Shown here: positions 1 to 12,744 of the stretch, in pieces | How positions within the stretch are numbered: the first letter of the stretch is position 1 | Layout of the letters: each line of letters starts with the position of its first letter | Assembly: GCA_964016885.1 (NCBI GenBank) | Contig: CAXHJY010000304.1 | Coordinates: forward strand, 124,001 to 188,000 | From: Eledone cirrhosa | Lineage: Eukaryota | Length of the DNA stretch: 64,000 nucleotides | Direction of reading: 5' to 3' | Program-made: the position numbers and the translations under genes | The notes under the pieces: generated by a model | The model's input: the letters and a program-made list of their open reading frames with translations, nothing else | Database searches by the model: none | Told to the model about the DNA's origin: nothing

Positions 1-1216
1 TGACAATATATTGCCAAGTTCGTTATAAGCATCAGAATCAAAAGCAAACAAAACCAAAAATTATTTACCAAATCCTGTCTAGCAGAAAACATTCCAAAAG
101 TTTAGGATACCCATTTGATCTACAGATGGTCTTATATTTAATATAGAAGTTTATCTAGTGTAAAATTTATTCGATATATTTGGAGCATCAGCTTTTAGGG
201 TAGTTTAATTATTCATGAAGAATGTTTAAAATAAAAAGGAATCGAAAGATTTATCGGCGAGTTCCATAAATAATTATAAATCAAATTAAATATACTACAT
301 TTTAAATTTATATTTATATTTAAAAGTTGAGTTCAATCTATGTCTGCAGCAACTGAATAAATTTGTCCGTAAATTAAGGGAATTTTTAGATTTTAGTATA
401 AAGAATATCTCCTCCGCGCAGAGGTCACATGTCTCAGAGGATGAATTAAAAGGAATCCCTCTTGAGACTATATTCCAAGCCGTTGAATATCCAACGTTAT
501 CATACCTAAGCCTGATAGTGATGTTGAGGATTTTTTGCTTGGATCTGTGAAAGAATTCTTGTGGTTATTATAGCGAAGTTTAAATTCTGTCGAGGTGGAA
601 CCAACATAGTTAAAAGAATTTAAGTCCGTTTTAACATTACAGTTGTATATTATATTTTTAACTAAGCAATTGTTATTTAACGGACATTTAGATCTATCTC
701 TACAGTTACATTTGTTAACTTGGATATTATTTATGCTATTATCGGTATTTTGGCTAGGTTTTAAATTCCTATTATTTATTCTATTAATATTTTGTGCTAA
801 ATTTTTGGTGGATGAGTAGGTTAATTTTATAGTATGTCTATTGAAAATTGAGTGATACCTATGTGTTCTAGGGAAGCGATTATCAAGAGCATTAAAAAAT
901 AGTTTAGCGATGTGGGTTTTAATGTTTAGTGAGAAAGGGGGGGCAAACCATATTATATTCCTAGTTCTATTTCTTTTTTGGCTTTTGGAATTATTGTAAT
1001 GCTTTCTATTATAGTTGTTAAAGTTGTTGCCGTAATTAAAATTGTTGTTATTTTGGTTAGTTTGTCTATTATTATCTATGTACATAATTGTATCACTATA
1101 TCCTGCTCTAGCTAACGCTTCATTGTAATACTGGGCTTTTTCGTCGAAAATCTTTTTATTAGATGAGATTCTAGAGATACGATTTTGAACAGAGTTTACT
1201 ATAGTATTTTTAACAG
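1..1216 (-). mobile_element. Penelope-like element (RT thumb/linker + GIY-YIG endonuclease), left arm of a fold-back; runs off the window start
   Basis: The minus-strand reading gives VQNRISRISSNKKIFDE...IIWFAPPFS...CNCRDRSKCPLNNNC...IIYNC..YVGSTSTEFKLRYNNHKNSF. Positions 1-1164 are the reverse complement of 1217-2380. Confidence 0.9.
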
Positions 1217-2870
1217 ATCTAATAAAAAGATTTTCGACGAAAAGGCCCAGTATTACAATGAAGCGTTAGCTAGAGCAGGATATAGTGATACAATTATGTA
1301 CATAGATAATAATAGACAAACTAACCAAAATAACAACAATTTTAATTACGGCAACAACTTTAACAACTATAATAGAAAGCATTACAATAATTCCAAAAGC
1401 CAAAAAAGAAATAGAACTAGGAATATAATATGGTTTGCCCCCCCTTTCTCACTAAACATTAAAACCCACATCGCTAAACTATTTTTTAATGCTCTTGATA
1501 ATCGCTTCCCTAGAACACATAGGTATCACTCAATTTTCAATAGACATACTATAAAATTAACCTACTCATCCACCAAAAATTTAGCACAAAATATTAATAG
1601 AATAAATAATAGGAATTTAAAACCTAGCCAAAATACCGATAATAGCATAAATAATATCCAAGTTAACAAATGTAACTGTAGAGATAGATCTAAATGTCCG
1701 TTAAATAACAATTGCTTAGTTAAAAATATAATATACAACTGTAATGTTAAAACGGACTTAAATTCTTTTAACTATGTTGGTTCCACCTCGACAGAATTTA
1801 AACTTCGCTATAATAACCACAAGAATTCTTTCACAGATCCAAGCAAAAAATCCTCAACATCACTATCAGGCTTAGGCATGATAACGTTGGATATTCAACG
1901 GCTTGGAATATAGTCTCAAGAGGGATTCCTTTTAATTCATCCTCTGAGACATGTGACCTCTGCGCGGAGGAGATATTCTTTATACTAAAATCTAAAAATT
2001 CCCTTAATTTACGGACAAATTTATTCAGTTGCTGCAGACATAGATTGAACTCAACTTTTAAATATAAATATAAATTTAAAATGTAGTATATTTAATTTGA
2101 TTTATAATTATTTATGGAACTCGCCGATAAATCTTTCGATTCCTTTTTATTTTAAACATTCTTCATGAATAATTAAACTACCCTAAAAGCTGATGCTCCA
2201 AATATATCGAATAAATTTTACACTAGATAAACTTCTATATTAAATATAAGACCATCTGTAGATCAAATGGGTATCCTAAACTTTTGGAATGTTTTCTGCT
2301 AGACAGGATTTGGTAAATAATTTTTGGTTTTGTTTGCTTTTGATTCTGATGCTTATAACGAACTTGGCAATATATTGTCAATTAACTTTGAAGGGTTGAT
2401 CTCTGTGGTTGATTTGCGTGGCATACTATGTTTTATTTTTATTTTAATATTTTTAATATTTTTAATATTTTTATTTTTAATATTTTTTGATTTTTTTTTT
2501 GTTTTTTATTTATTTTTTGTTTCTGATATTTTTATTTTTATTTTTATTGATATATTGATATCTGTTCTCTATTTATGCTTGAACGATAATCATGTAGAGT
2601 AAAGACATGAATAGTATTGTTAAAATTAATGTAGACTCTATATATATTTGTGTGTATGTACACATATATCTATACTAGAATTTTTATAGCACAACGAGAA
2701 TGTTTTCGTGTGAAACAGGAATTTGCAGAGCTGATCACGTAAATTCACATGGATGTATATAGTATAAAATCTGGGATAACCTTCTATTTTATCTCAACTC
2801 TAATATAAACCTAGGAATTTTAAACTAGACATATGATCATTATTTTTCACACATTATTGATACGTGTCTC

Positions 2871-3057
2871 GGCGGTGGATTGGCAGTATCGGTAGAGGGT
2901 CGCACGGCATGCTTTGCAGCAAAGAGTTACGCCCCTTTATGGTCTGAGTTCAAATCCCGCCGAGGTTAACTTTGCCTTTCATCCTTCCGGGGTCGATAAA
3001 ATAAAGTACCAGTAATGCACTGGGATAATTGCTGGCCGTGTGCCAAAAGTAGAAACA
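2871..3057 (+). mobile_element. tRNA-derived SINE (family A) with 18-bp target-site duplication
   Basis: A-box-like TGGCAGTATCGG, B-box-like GAGTTCAAATCC and core GCCTTTCATCCTTCCGGGGTCGATAAAAT. TSD ATTATTGATACGTGTCTC at 2853-2870 and 3058-3075. Other copies at about 5717-5930, 16320-16535(-), 16870-17010, 33315-33500(-), 37610-37820, 52610-52795(-) and 54965-55143. Confidence 0.9.
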
Positions 3058-3309
3058 ATTATTGATACGTGTCTCATTCATGAATACTGATATAATGCCT
3101 GTTTTATACGAATTGATATTTTTTACATTGATGAAACATAGTGTTTTAATTCTGCCTCGGTTATGTCTGGATATTTTTCTTTTCTCTCTATGTAACGGCT
3201 GTTTTCTCTCTTAACCACATATATCTCTCTCTACATTAATACTAGAGCTAAATAAATAAATAAATAAATAAATATATCATTGATACGTCATTCAACTGGT
3301 GCCCAACTA

Positions 3310-3354
3310 CCTATTTTCTTTCTCTCTATCTCTATCTATATCTATCTCTCTATA

Positions 3355-3413
<59 letters not shown>

Positions 3414-3540
3414 CTTCTCTCTATCTATCTCTATCTATCTCCCTCTGTGTTTTTTTCCTCTCTCTATATATCTCTCTCTGTTTCTTTACATGAATTTCTT
3501 CTCTCTATCTATCTCTCTATATCTCTCTCTCTCTATTTAG
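3310..3540. repeat. (CT)n / (CTAT)n microsatellite
   Basis: Direct inspection. Confidence 0.95.
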
Positions 3541-3688
3541 TTGCATGCATTTCTTCTTTTTCTTCGTTTTTCTTTCTTTCTTTTTATAACTGTCCCTAAT
3601 ATTTTTTCACTACCAAATCAACTTTTCAAATAGAAGTCGAAGTTGAAAGGTATGTCGAATCTATCTATTTATAAGACTGTTTATATTG

Positions 3689-3754
3689 TATTTTGTCTGA
3701 AGAAGGCATAACATATTTTTAATATGATATCCCTGAAATATATATAATGAAATA
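3689..3754 (+). ncRNA. Minimal type I hammerhead ribozyme motif (PLE-associated)
   Basis: TATTTTGT-CTGAAGA-stem II (AGG..CATATT/AATATG..CCT)-GAAA-TATATA-TA-ATGAAATA, located at the 3' end of the PLE. Confidence 0.65.
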
Positions 3755-5347
3755 AATATGGTTTTATATATATAGTTTCCATTTATTTAATATCGTATAT
3801 ATATATATATATATATTTACCTATCTATCTATGTGTATGATTCTCTGTCTGTCTGTTTGTATGTATGTATCAATATGTATGAGTGAGTCAGTGTCTCTGC
3901 CTCTGTGTCTGTGTGTCTGAGCTGTCACATAACCAATCTCCATGGGTTTGTGGGTGGTAGAAATCAACTGTTTTTTAACTTTTCTTTTTTTATTCTTCAA
4001 CAGGGGGTTGGGGAACAAGTAAACAATTCACAAAACAGGACTTTGACCTGAACAGTTTTCCTTCTTCACATGTTACTTTTCCTCTTTATTTCCTTCTTTA
4101 TATCCCTTCTCCACAGTCTCTCCTTATTTCTATCCCTTGTCCTTCTTCTCCCTTCTCTTTCCATCTTTCTCCATCTCTCTCTTTCTCTCCTACCCTCTCT
4201 CTCCCCTTTAACTCTCCATTTCTCTCTTCTCCCTCCACTCTAATACCCCTTTGAGTCACAACCCCAGTCAGTTCTTATTTGCAGTTACTCCCTGCCTAGC
4301 TGGGTCAAAGGATCAAACTTTACAGAATCTACTGGGTGTGTTTTATCATCGCCCCAACACTAGAGAAATTGTTGTGTTTTCAGCAGAACTAAAATGTCCC
4401 TTACACAATACATTCTCTTTATTTGTTCCCCAACCACTTTTCAGAATATATTGGGTGTGTTTTATTGTATCACCTGAAGTTATATCATCAAGACTAAAGA
4501 ATCCTCTCTACCCTACATTGTCTCTATTTGTTTGCTCACCACTTTACAGAGTGTACTGGGTGTGTCTATCAATTTATCAGTCTTGGTGAAGTTATCATTT
4601 CAGCAGGACTAAAGAATCATCTCTACTCCATGTTGTCTCTATTTGTTCATCAACCTCGGAGAGTATTATGTGTTTTTTTTTTGTTAATTGTTTTTTATTG
4701 TAGTACCAGTACTATCACATTAGAGTGTACCGAGTGCTTTATCATGGCACCTACACTAGAGGAGTTCTCATGTCTTCTATACCCTACATAGTCTCTGGTC
4801 ATTCACTACCAAACACTTGACTGCAGTGCTGAGTTTAGTTTCACTGGCAGCAGGAGAAGTTATCGACAATAGGCTGGTGTCCTTTCCAGAGAGAGATTTG
4901 TCTTTTTCATTCACTTAGCACCATAAAAAAAACACAAATAAACAAATAAAAAATATGCCTCCGTTCCCCCCAAGATAATAACAACAGCCCTTCTTCACAG
5001 ATGAGATCTGTGAAAAGAATTAATGAACAACATTAGTATAGTAGGTTGATTTAATTGACTCTACGCTGCCCTCCCCGCTACTTGACTCAGCAGCCGCCTG
5101 ACATGAATAAAGAAAGCAATATTTAACTTATATAAAGAAACTATGAAAAGATGGCAGGCGATGATGCTAAAATAAAATATAAAAAATAAACACCAACAAA
5201 ATAACTTCATTAAGTTGAGTGTTTCTCATAAACAAGCCTCACCACCCTACCTACACTCTGTTTCTGTTTTCCTTTTAAATCTTTAAATAACTCTAAAAAT
5301 CATATAAAGGTCCACCTCATTACACCAAGATTATCATGGGTTTTTAT

Positions 5348-5410
5348 CTAAACAAAAACGATTTCTTCATCAGAGTTGATGTCAAAGTTTCCTGCTTCAA
5401 ATAATTTTAA
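5348..5410 (-). CDS. Possible terminal coding exon of an unidentified minus-strand gene (LKLFEAGNFDINSDEEIVFV*)
   Basis: Acceptor-like GTTTTTTCAG directly precedes a non-repetitive 20-codon frame ending in TAG. No upstream exons were found. Confidence 0.25.
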   Translation of the reverse strand, partial: LKLFEAGNFDINSDEEIVFV

Positions 5411-6677
5411 CTGAAAAAACATGAATGGAGCAGTGTAGTGGACAAAACAAGGGTGTGTTTCACATGCATGTATGTGTGTGTGTGTGTGTGTAGTTGATGG
5501 AATAGGGTGTGTTTCATGTGTGTATGTGAGTGTGTGAGTATGCATGTGTATGTGTGTGTGTGCGCGCAGCGTGTGTTTGTGTGTGTGTGTGAGTGTGCTA
5601 ATATTGTGTGTCTATATGTTTATATAAACTGGAATTGTTCTTGAATAAAAATGGTAGAAAAAAATTGCAGAAATTCTGGAAAAACTTAGCAGAAAGATTA
5701 GCATAAATTATAGTAGGTGTTGGATTGGTAGAATCGGTAGAGCGTCTGCCATGCTTTACAGCATATAGTTTTGTCCCTTTACGTTCTGAGTTCATATCCT
5801 GCTGAAGTTAGCTTTGACTTTCATCTTTATGGGGTAAATAAAATAAAGTACCACTCACACACTGGAGTTGATCTAATCAATATTTCCCTCCCCCAAAATT
5901 GTTGACCTTGTGTCTAAATCAAAATCTATAAATTACAATAGGTGTTTTTTTTTTATTTTTAGCTACCTTTGAGCAAGTTTGTATATTATCATATTTATTT
6001 GTGTATAATACATACTTTCATTTTATTTTTTTCTGGGATTTCTTTGGCAATATTAAAATATGGAATTACAAGTAAAACCTCTATGACTCTTAATGCATGG
6101 TCCCGTAACTGTTGAGAGTGTCATAGGAGTGCCATATTAACAAATGGTGTTTTTAGGGCATTTTTAAACCTGGCAGAGCCCAATCCTCTCCAGGCCTGAA
6201 TACAGTAGAATTTTTTCCAGAGATGGCTAGAGAGATTGAGAGAATGGAAGTGAGAAAGATGCATAGAAGAAGAATCGACCCCTGTACTAGATTTGTACTT
6301 TTTTTATCGACCGTGAATGGATAAAAGGCAAAGTTGACCATGAAAGGATTTGAACTGAGAGAGCAGATTTGAACTCTAGATAGATATTTAAATCTTTTTC
6401 TGTTATTATTCATTGACAAAGATTGTAAATGATTCCATAAAACATCTATTCTATGATACTTTACATCACAATCCTTCATACTTGATGTTACATCTACATG
6501 TTCAGAAACTAAAGCTTCATTCCAAACATTGTGGGGCATTATGTTATCTGGCAGTATCTGATAGTCAAGAAATTCATTGTGAAGTTTTTCAACTTCACTT
6601 GCTGAACTGATATATTTTTTTTAAATCGACTGTAAAGGATGCTTTCCTTAGGAACTTACTCTTGGGTAATGTTTTAA

Positions 6678-6898
6678 CCCTTTAGCATTTAAACTGGGCA
6701 TATCTAGCCAGAATTCTCTCACCTCTTCCAATTCAAACCAGCTGTAACTGACCCCTCATACTCATGTTAAGATATTGTTCTCAAAATAAATAACATCAAA
6801 ATCTCATAGATTTGATATTATGTGAGATAATTATGTAAGGTAAAGCCTTTACAACAAAAATACAATAGTAAATATAGAGTAATGTAAATGTTAAAGGA
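6678..6898. mobile_element. piggyBac-like MITE (about 220 bp)
   Basis: TTAA|CCCTTTAGCATTTA...TAAATGTTAAAGGA|TTAA. An inverted second copy lies at 19596-19817. Confidence 0.75.
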
Positions 6899-7142
6899 TT
6901 AAGAGACTGTTACTACAGTTATGTAACATGCATAAACAACTTTGAAAATCTTACATTTATTCAAATATGAAAAATGTCATTCATTGAATAATCTGTTCAT
7001 TATGGATTTAGTTCTAATTCCAATAAAGTTTCTTTGTTATTTACATCATCTTTCAGACAAGACATTTTATTTTAAATGGCATCTAATTTTATAAACTTAC
7101 CCAGAGGTTTCCTAAGAAAAGAATGCAACTAACTGTCTAGCA

Positions 7143-7601
7143 CAGGGGTTGGCAACTTCTTTGCCACCACAGGCCGGATCGAGTATTAATGATGGCCGGA
7201 TGAAGCCCATAAAAGAATAATTATGGAAAATTACACAAGTTAAATTTAATCAGTGTTGACTATACTTGAAAATAATTTGTATTAACCACAGATGAATGTA
7301 GTAGTGGAAAAACATCATTTATTCAATTTAAGACATCGTTGGAATCATTTGTTTAAAAAATCTTAAAAATACAAAACACAATTTTTAATTGTGTTTTTGT
7401 TGTCAAAGAGTTCACATCCGGTTGGTGGTGGACATTAAGTGGAGTGAATCAGAAGATTTGTGGAAGAATGTAACAGCAGGCCGTTTATTGTATTCGAATG
7501 TCTCGTCTCTCATATTACAATACATTTTAAATAAATAACTCATTGGGCATCAGTTCTCGCGGGTGGGATACAGCCTGCAGGCCATAGGTTGCCGACCCCT
7601 G
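7143..7601. mobile_element. hAT (Charlie/Buster-type) MITE
   Basis: TIRs CAGGGGTTGGCAAC / GTTGCCGACCCCTG with a perfect 8-bp TSD GTCTAGCA (7135-7142, 7602-7609). Confidence 0.9.
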
Positions 7602-8031
7602 GTCTAGCAGATGAATGAAAGAGTTTGGGAAAACAAGTCAAAATTGATGAAAGATGGCAGACTAGCTTGATAAAATAGGAAATATATTTTGAACATAGGG
7701 TTTGATGGAGCTAATTCATAGGAATAAACCTAAGATACTTATGGCAGGACATGAAGAAACTTTGCAGTGCAGAAACAAGTAGAAGAGCCCCATTAATTGC
7801 TATTTCTAAGCTTAACCACCTTGTTGACACATTCCTCAAGATGTCTCTATATCCTGTCCATATCACAAAAGTAACAAAGCCAACTACCCCTTTCATTTTA
7901 TACTCTTATAAAAAAAAAAAGAAAACTAAATCAATGCAAAAATCTTTTAGGTAGAAACCACATGAATTTACACATGTTAGGAACCCAATACCAACCATGC
8001 AAGTGTATGTAAATATCTATCCTATCTATCT

Positions 8032-10285
8032 ATCGAATGTGCTCAGGCGCTCACAGTCCTCTGGCAAACGGACCCGGCGATCAGTGGAGACTCCACTTCA
8101 ACATTCTATAGAGGGTTGATCCACAGCAAGTGCGACGACACGCTCAGAGAAACTCTAGGCGTAGAGGAGGATGAACTGGCCAGTCTGTTCGGTAGGACCT
8201 TCCACCCGGGACCAATGGACAACTTCCAAAAGTCCCTGGCCTGGCAGTGCTACCAAGGAGCTCTACCAGTTCGAGACAAGCTCTACAGACATGCGCAATC
8301 CTGACCAGGTCCATACACAACAACCTCCACCTCATGCGATACATCATAGAGAGAGTAGGGTGTAAACCCGGCTTCGGTGGGGCCTTGATCAACTTGGATC
8401 AGTCTAAGGCTTTCGTTAGGGTTGACCATTGTTACCTGAATGTGGTGCTTGAGGCGGCAGGCTTTGGACCCGTGTTCAGGGGCTGGATTGCTGCAATGCA
8501 CAGCAGCAACATCTGCTCAAGGGTCAAGGTGAACGGCTACCTCTCGGAGCCATTCCATATCACACGATCCATCCGACAGGGATGCCCTCTCTCCCCCCTT
8601 CTGTACGTACTGACTCTCGAGCCACTACTGCGGAAATTGGAGATATTGCAGGGCATCCCTCTGGAACCGGGACTGTGGAAAGCGGCGTTGGCCTACGCCG
8701 ACGACGTGACAGTAATGGTGTCGAGCACCTCGCAAATCGGGGAGGTCGGCACCTTACTGGAGGAATACAAAAGGTTCACAGGAGCGAAGCTGAATCAGGA
8801 CAAATCCGTCGGTTTGCAACTTGGAACGTGGAGAGGCAAACCGATGCCTTCTAATGGCATCGTCGGATGCTGGACGGTAGGACCGGTAAAGCTGCTCGGG
8901 GTCTGGTTTGGTCCGGACCTCCAGGTGGAGAAGAACTGGAACGAGGTGACGGCCAAGGTGTTTCTGCTCACCCAGAAGTGGGCTGAGTGCAAACTATCCT
9001 TGAAAGGTCGAGCGGAGGTGGCGAACACTTTTATAGCATCCGTCATCTACTACCGCTTGACCGTCGTGCCTTGTCCAGCCAAAACACTCACCAAAATGGA
9101 GTGCGCGCTCTTCCAATTCCCTTGGAAGAAACGGGCCCCTTTGGTGAGAAGATCCATCTGCTGCCAATACCCTTCAAACGGAGGGTTGGGGATGCCATGG
9201 CTGACGATGCGCAAACACGCGCTCAGGTTGCGGCACCTCCACGTATTCCTCATCGGACAACCGGTGTGGGCCCCGTTCGTGAGGCGAGCCTTCCCACAAC
9301 TCGTCTCGCTGACCGAGCTGCAGTCCTGAGTCAAGCAAAGACCGAGGAAAATGGGCGACTGGCACATCGAATGTGCTCAGGCGCTCAGTCCTCTGGCAAA
9401 TGGACCCGGCGATCAGTGGAGACTCCACTTCGACATTCTATAGAGGGTTGGTCCGCAGCAAGTGCGACGACGCGCTCGGAGAAACTCTGGGCGTAGAGTA
9501 GGATAAACTGGCCAGTCTGTTCGGTAGGACCTTCCGCTCAGGACCAATGGACAACTTCCAAAAGTCTCTGGCCTGGCAGTGCTACCGAGGAGCTCTACCA
9601 GTTCGAGACAAGCTCTACAGACACGGGTGCCCGGGTAGGGACCCTTCGAAAAAGATATGTCCGAGATGCGTGCGCGACAAGGAAACCATCGCGCACGCAT
9701 TTGTACACTGCCCGGGTGTTACCGACCTGTGGGGCTATGTAGAATGACTATTGTCGCGGGTGGGACCAATCCAGTTGACCACCGAGTCCTTTGTCATGAT
9801 CAAACCACCACCCTCCTTCAAAAACGAGGGAGAGGCGGTTTTCGTATGTGTTATGGCTATGGTGTAAGAGGTTATATGGTAGACGAGGTTAAAAGGGTTG
9901 AGGTCAGACACCTTTCTCTCCGGCGAGCAACTGATTCGTTTTTTCAAGTATCATTTTGGAAGAAGAATCAGGATGGAGAGAGAGGTGCTGTACCCCAGCA
10001 AATTTTATAAAAGGTGGGTGAATGTGGCAAAGATGGCCCGAGTGGTTGGGCCTTCTCTCTATATAAGCCTGTAGGTTGAGGAAAAAGAGGAAGAGCGGAA
10101 GGGAGTACTCACTCTTGGTGCTCCTGGAGATGAGGGTTGTACATTTTTTCGGGGTGTGTACAACCCCGGTGTAACGCCTCCCCCCTATTGGGGATTTCAA
10201 TTGTTATTTATTATTGTATTAATAGTTTTATTTTCATATACCTATATGTAAACTCCCCATTTGTATTTGTCCCCTTCTTTTGTGC
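8032..10285 (+). mobile_element. L1/Tx1-clade LINE, 5'-truncated, with RT and C-terminal CCHC zinc knuckle
   Basis: RT motifs LDQSKAFVRVDH, IRQGCPLSPLLY and AYADDVT; CPRCVRDKETIAHAFVHC; premature TGA at 9327; AATAAA near 10276; (ATCT)n on both flanks. Confidence 0.92.
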
Positions 10286-10754
10286 CCTTGTGGCTAATAA
10301 AGAAATTTATCTAGCTATCTATCTATCTATATATCTATCTATATCATCATCATCATTTAATATCTATTTTCCATGCTTGCATATGTTCGATAGATTGTCA
10401 TGTTATGAGACAAGTCAGTTCAGATGACTATGTCTTGCTCATACAGATCTGTATTTGGGGTTGTTTTCTACAGTTGGATGACCTTTCTAGCACCAACCAC
10501 ATTACAGTATGGACTGAGAAATTTTTGTTGAGTCACCAGCACAACCACTTTAAAAGGTTGACTGGGTGCTTTTTGTCATGTAACCAACATGACCATCCTA
10601 CAGGGTAGACTGAGTGCATTTTCTTGTCATCAACACAATATATGTGTGCGTGTGTGGCTGTGTGTCTGTGTATGTATTTGCGTCTGTGAGTGTGTGTGAG
10701 CATGTGTGGGTGAATACATGTATATCCAATGTTATCTATATATATGTATGCATG

Positions 10755-10785
<31 letters not shown>

Positions 10786-10794
10786 GTGTGTGTG

Positions 10795-10990
10795 TAGGTA
10801 ACATGGTAAAAACCTCCCAGTCCACACTGTAAACGTGGTTGGTGTTAGGAAGGGCATCCAGCCATAGAAAATCTGCCAGACAGTACCATACGAGCAAGAC
10901 AACCAATCTTGCCTTACATGGGACAATTCCCGTCTAAACCCATGCTAGCGTGGAAGATAGACGTTAAACGACGATGATGATGATGATGAT
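10795..10990 (+). mobile_element. RTE/SINE 3' tail fragment ending in (GAT)n
   Basis: GGTGTTAGGAAGGGCATCCAGC...CCGTCTAAACCCATGCTAGCGTGGAAGATAGACGTTAAACG(ATG)n. The same tail occurs at 11640-11840, 21645-21700, 32090-32265, 38960-39050, 44760-44895 and 52931-52986. Confidence 0.8.
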
Positions 10991-11013
10991 ATATATATGT
11001 GTATATATATATC

Positions 11014-11208
11014 TTAAAGATTGTTTGTTTATCATCTAATAACAGTATATGATGGTATAACATTGACATCACTGCTACTGACCAGATACCAGAGAAAGAA
11101 ATATTAGAAAGTCAAGGTCATTGTACAGTAATCCGGGCCCTGTCTTTCAGTTTGGATAATTCTGCTATCCTTTCTGCTAGTGCTGATTCTGTCAAAGTCT
11201 GGGATCGG
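11014..11208 (+). pseudogene. WDR3: Isolated WDR3/Utp12 (Dip2)-like exon with an in-frame TGA
   Basis: Translates as LKIVCLSSNNSI*WYNIDITATDQIPEKEILESQGHCTVIRALSFSLDNSAILSASADSVKVWDR, matching the WDR3 segment GHRSDVRTLSFSSDNIAVLSAAADSIKIWNR (recalled). TGA at 11050-11052. No neighbouring WDR3 exons seen. Confidence 0.75.
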
Positions 11209-12135
11209 TTATAAAAATAAGTTACTTATTATTATAATGCAGATATAAACCATAGGTTAAAACCATGTTACAAACATTACCATCTATTTGTAGATATGGA
11301 GTAATTTATTAAGCTGTTTTATCTATGAAATTTAGTCACCTTAGCTATGGTTACTGTATGTTAGTATAAAATTATAAAATGTTTTGTGTATAAAGTGACA
11401 TCACTTAATTTAAAAACAGGAGTTCAGTGATGATTAAATTTTAATTAATTCCCATATACAATGGAACCTTGGTTCATGAACTTAATTTGTTCCTGAAGGC
11501 CGTTTGTCACTTGAAATGTTTGTAAACTGAAAGTATTTTTCTCATACGAAAATGCCGAGAGAGACTGTGTGTGAAAGTAACTAACTATAATAATAATAAT
11601 AATAAAAATACAGTCCACACTGTAATGTGGTCATGTATGTAACACGGTAAAAAGCTCCCAGTCCACACTGTAAATGTGGTTGGTGTTAGGAAGGGCATCC
11701 AGCTGTAGAAAACCTGCCAGATAGTCCTATACGAGCGAGACACGGTCACCCGACCAATCTTGCCCCAAATAGGACAATTCCCGTCTAACCCATGCTAGCG
11801 TGGAAGATAGACGTTAAACGATGATGATGATGAGGATGATACAGTAATAATCAGGAGCTGATTAAACAGAGCGATTGCTGATCCAGCAAAAATTAGGTAT
11901 TAGTATTACTGGAATTCTAAAAGAATTCAGCTTCTATAATTTTCGGTGAAGGCAGGGGAGTGTGGTTTTGATAAACGACAACAAGCGAGAAACAGACTGT
12001 CAATCACTCTCCCTTTCTTTTCGCCGAAAATAAGTAAGTGACATAGTCACTACTTTAAAACTCATAGCGAATGGTCTTCTAAATGTTTTTAATTAAACAT
12101 ACAGTATATTGCCAAATATACTATACATACATTCA

Positions 12136-12196
<61 letters not shown>

Positions 12197-12455
12197 ATGT
12201 ATATATATCATGATCATCACCTTACCATTTTATGCCTACTTTCAATGTTTGCAAGGGTTGTCAGTTTCTAGGACTAGACAGGTTAGATGGCTGTGTCTTG
12301 CTCATACATTCCATTTTGGCATGGTTTCTATAGCTGAACACCTTTCCTAATGCCAACCACTTTGGGTTTGTTTCCTAGTGGCACTGTCACCAACACTTGA
12401 CAGAGTGAACTAGATGCTCCTTCATGATAACAACGCTTCCACTTTGTATATATGC

Positions 12456-12492
<37 letters not shown>

Positions 12493-12744
12493 CGTTAAAC
12501 GATGATGATGATGATGATGATGATATATATATATATATATATATATATATCATCATCATCATCATCATCTACATCATCATATATATATATATATATATAA
12601 CCAAAGATTAATATGGTTCATTGATTACTCAATGAATACAATTTTACAATAGATTAAAAGCACTCAACAAAAAGTTTTCCTGGAGTTTTTAATATTATTC
12701 AAAATATTAACAAATGAAAGATAATCACATAATCAAAATATATG

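Larger units (their letters stand above)
1217..3797 (+). mobile_element. Penelope-like element, 5'-truncated and frameshifted, with long 3' region ending in a hammerhead and (TA)n
   Basis: ORF 1185-1913 has a CxCx5Cx5C linker and a GIY-YIG-like IIY...YVG motif. After a frameshift it continues WNIVSRGIPFNSSSETCDLCAEEIFFILKSKNSLNLRTNLFSCCRH. This Cys pattern resembles the Hydra-type PLE clade as I recall it (not verified). Confidence 0.88.
6060..7900 (-). mobile_element. Decayed hAT transposase relic with nested insertions
   Basis: Fragments YRDILRNVSTRWLSLEIAI (TRW motif), LHSFLRKPLGKFIK and HRIDVLWNHL...KRFKYLSRV (approach to the hAT dimerisation domain). Confidence 0.7.

Noticed and set aside
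1185-1216. Apparent N-terminus MNRVYYSIFNR of ORF 1185-1913
   Set aside because: Antisense read-through of the palindrome spacer, which codes on the minus strand.
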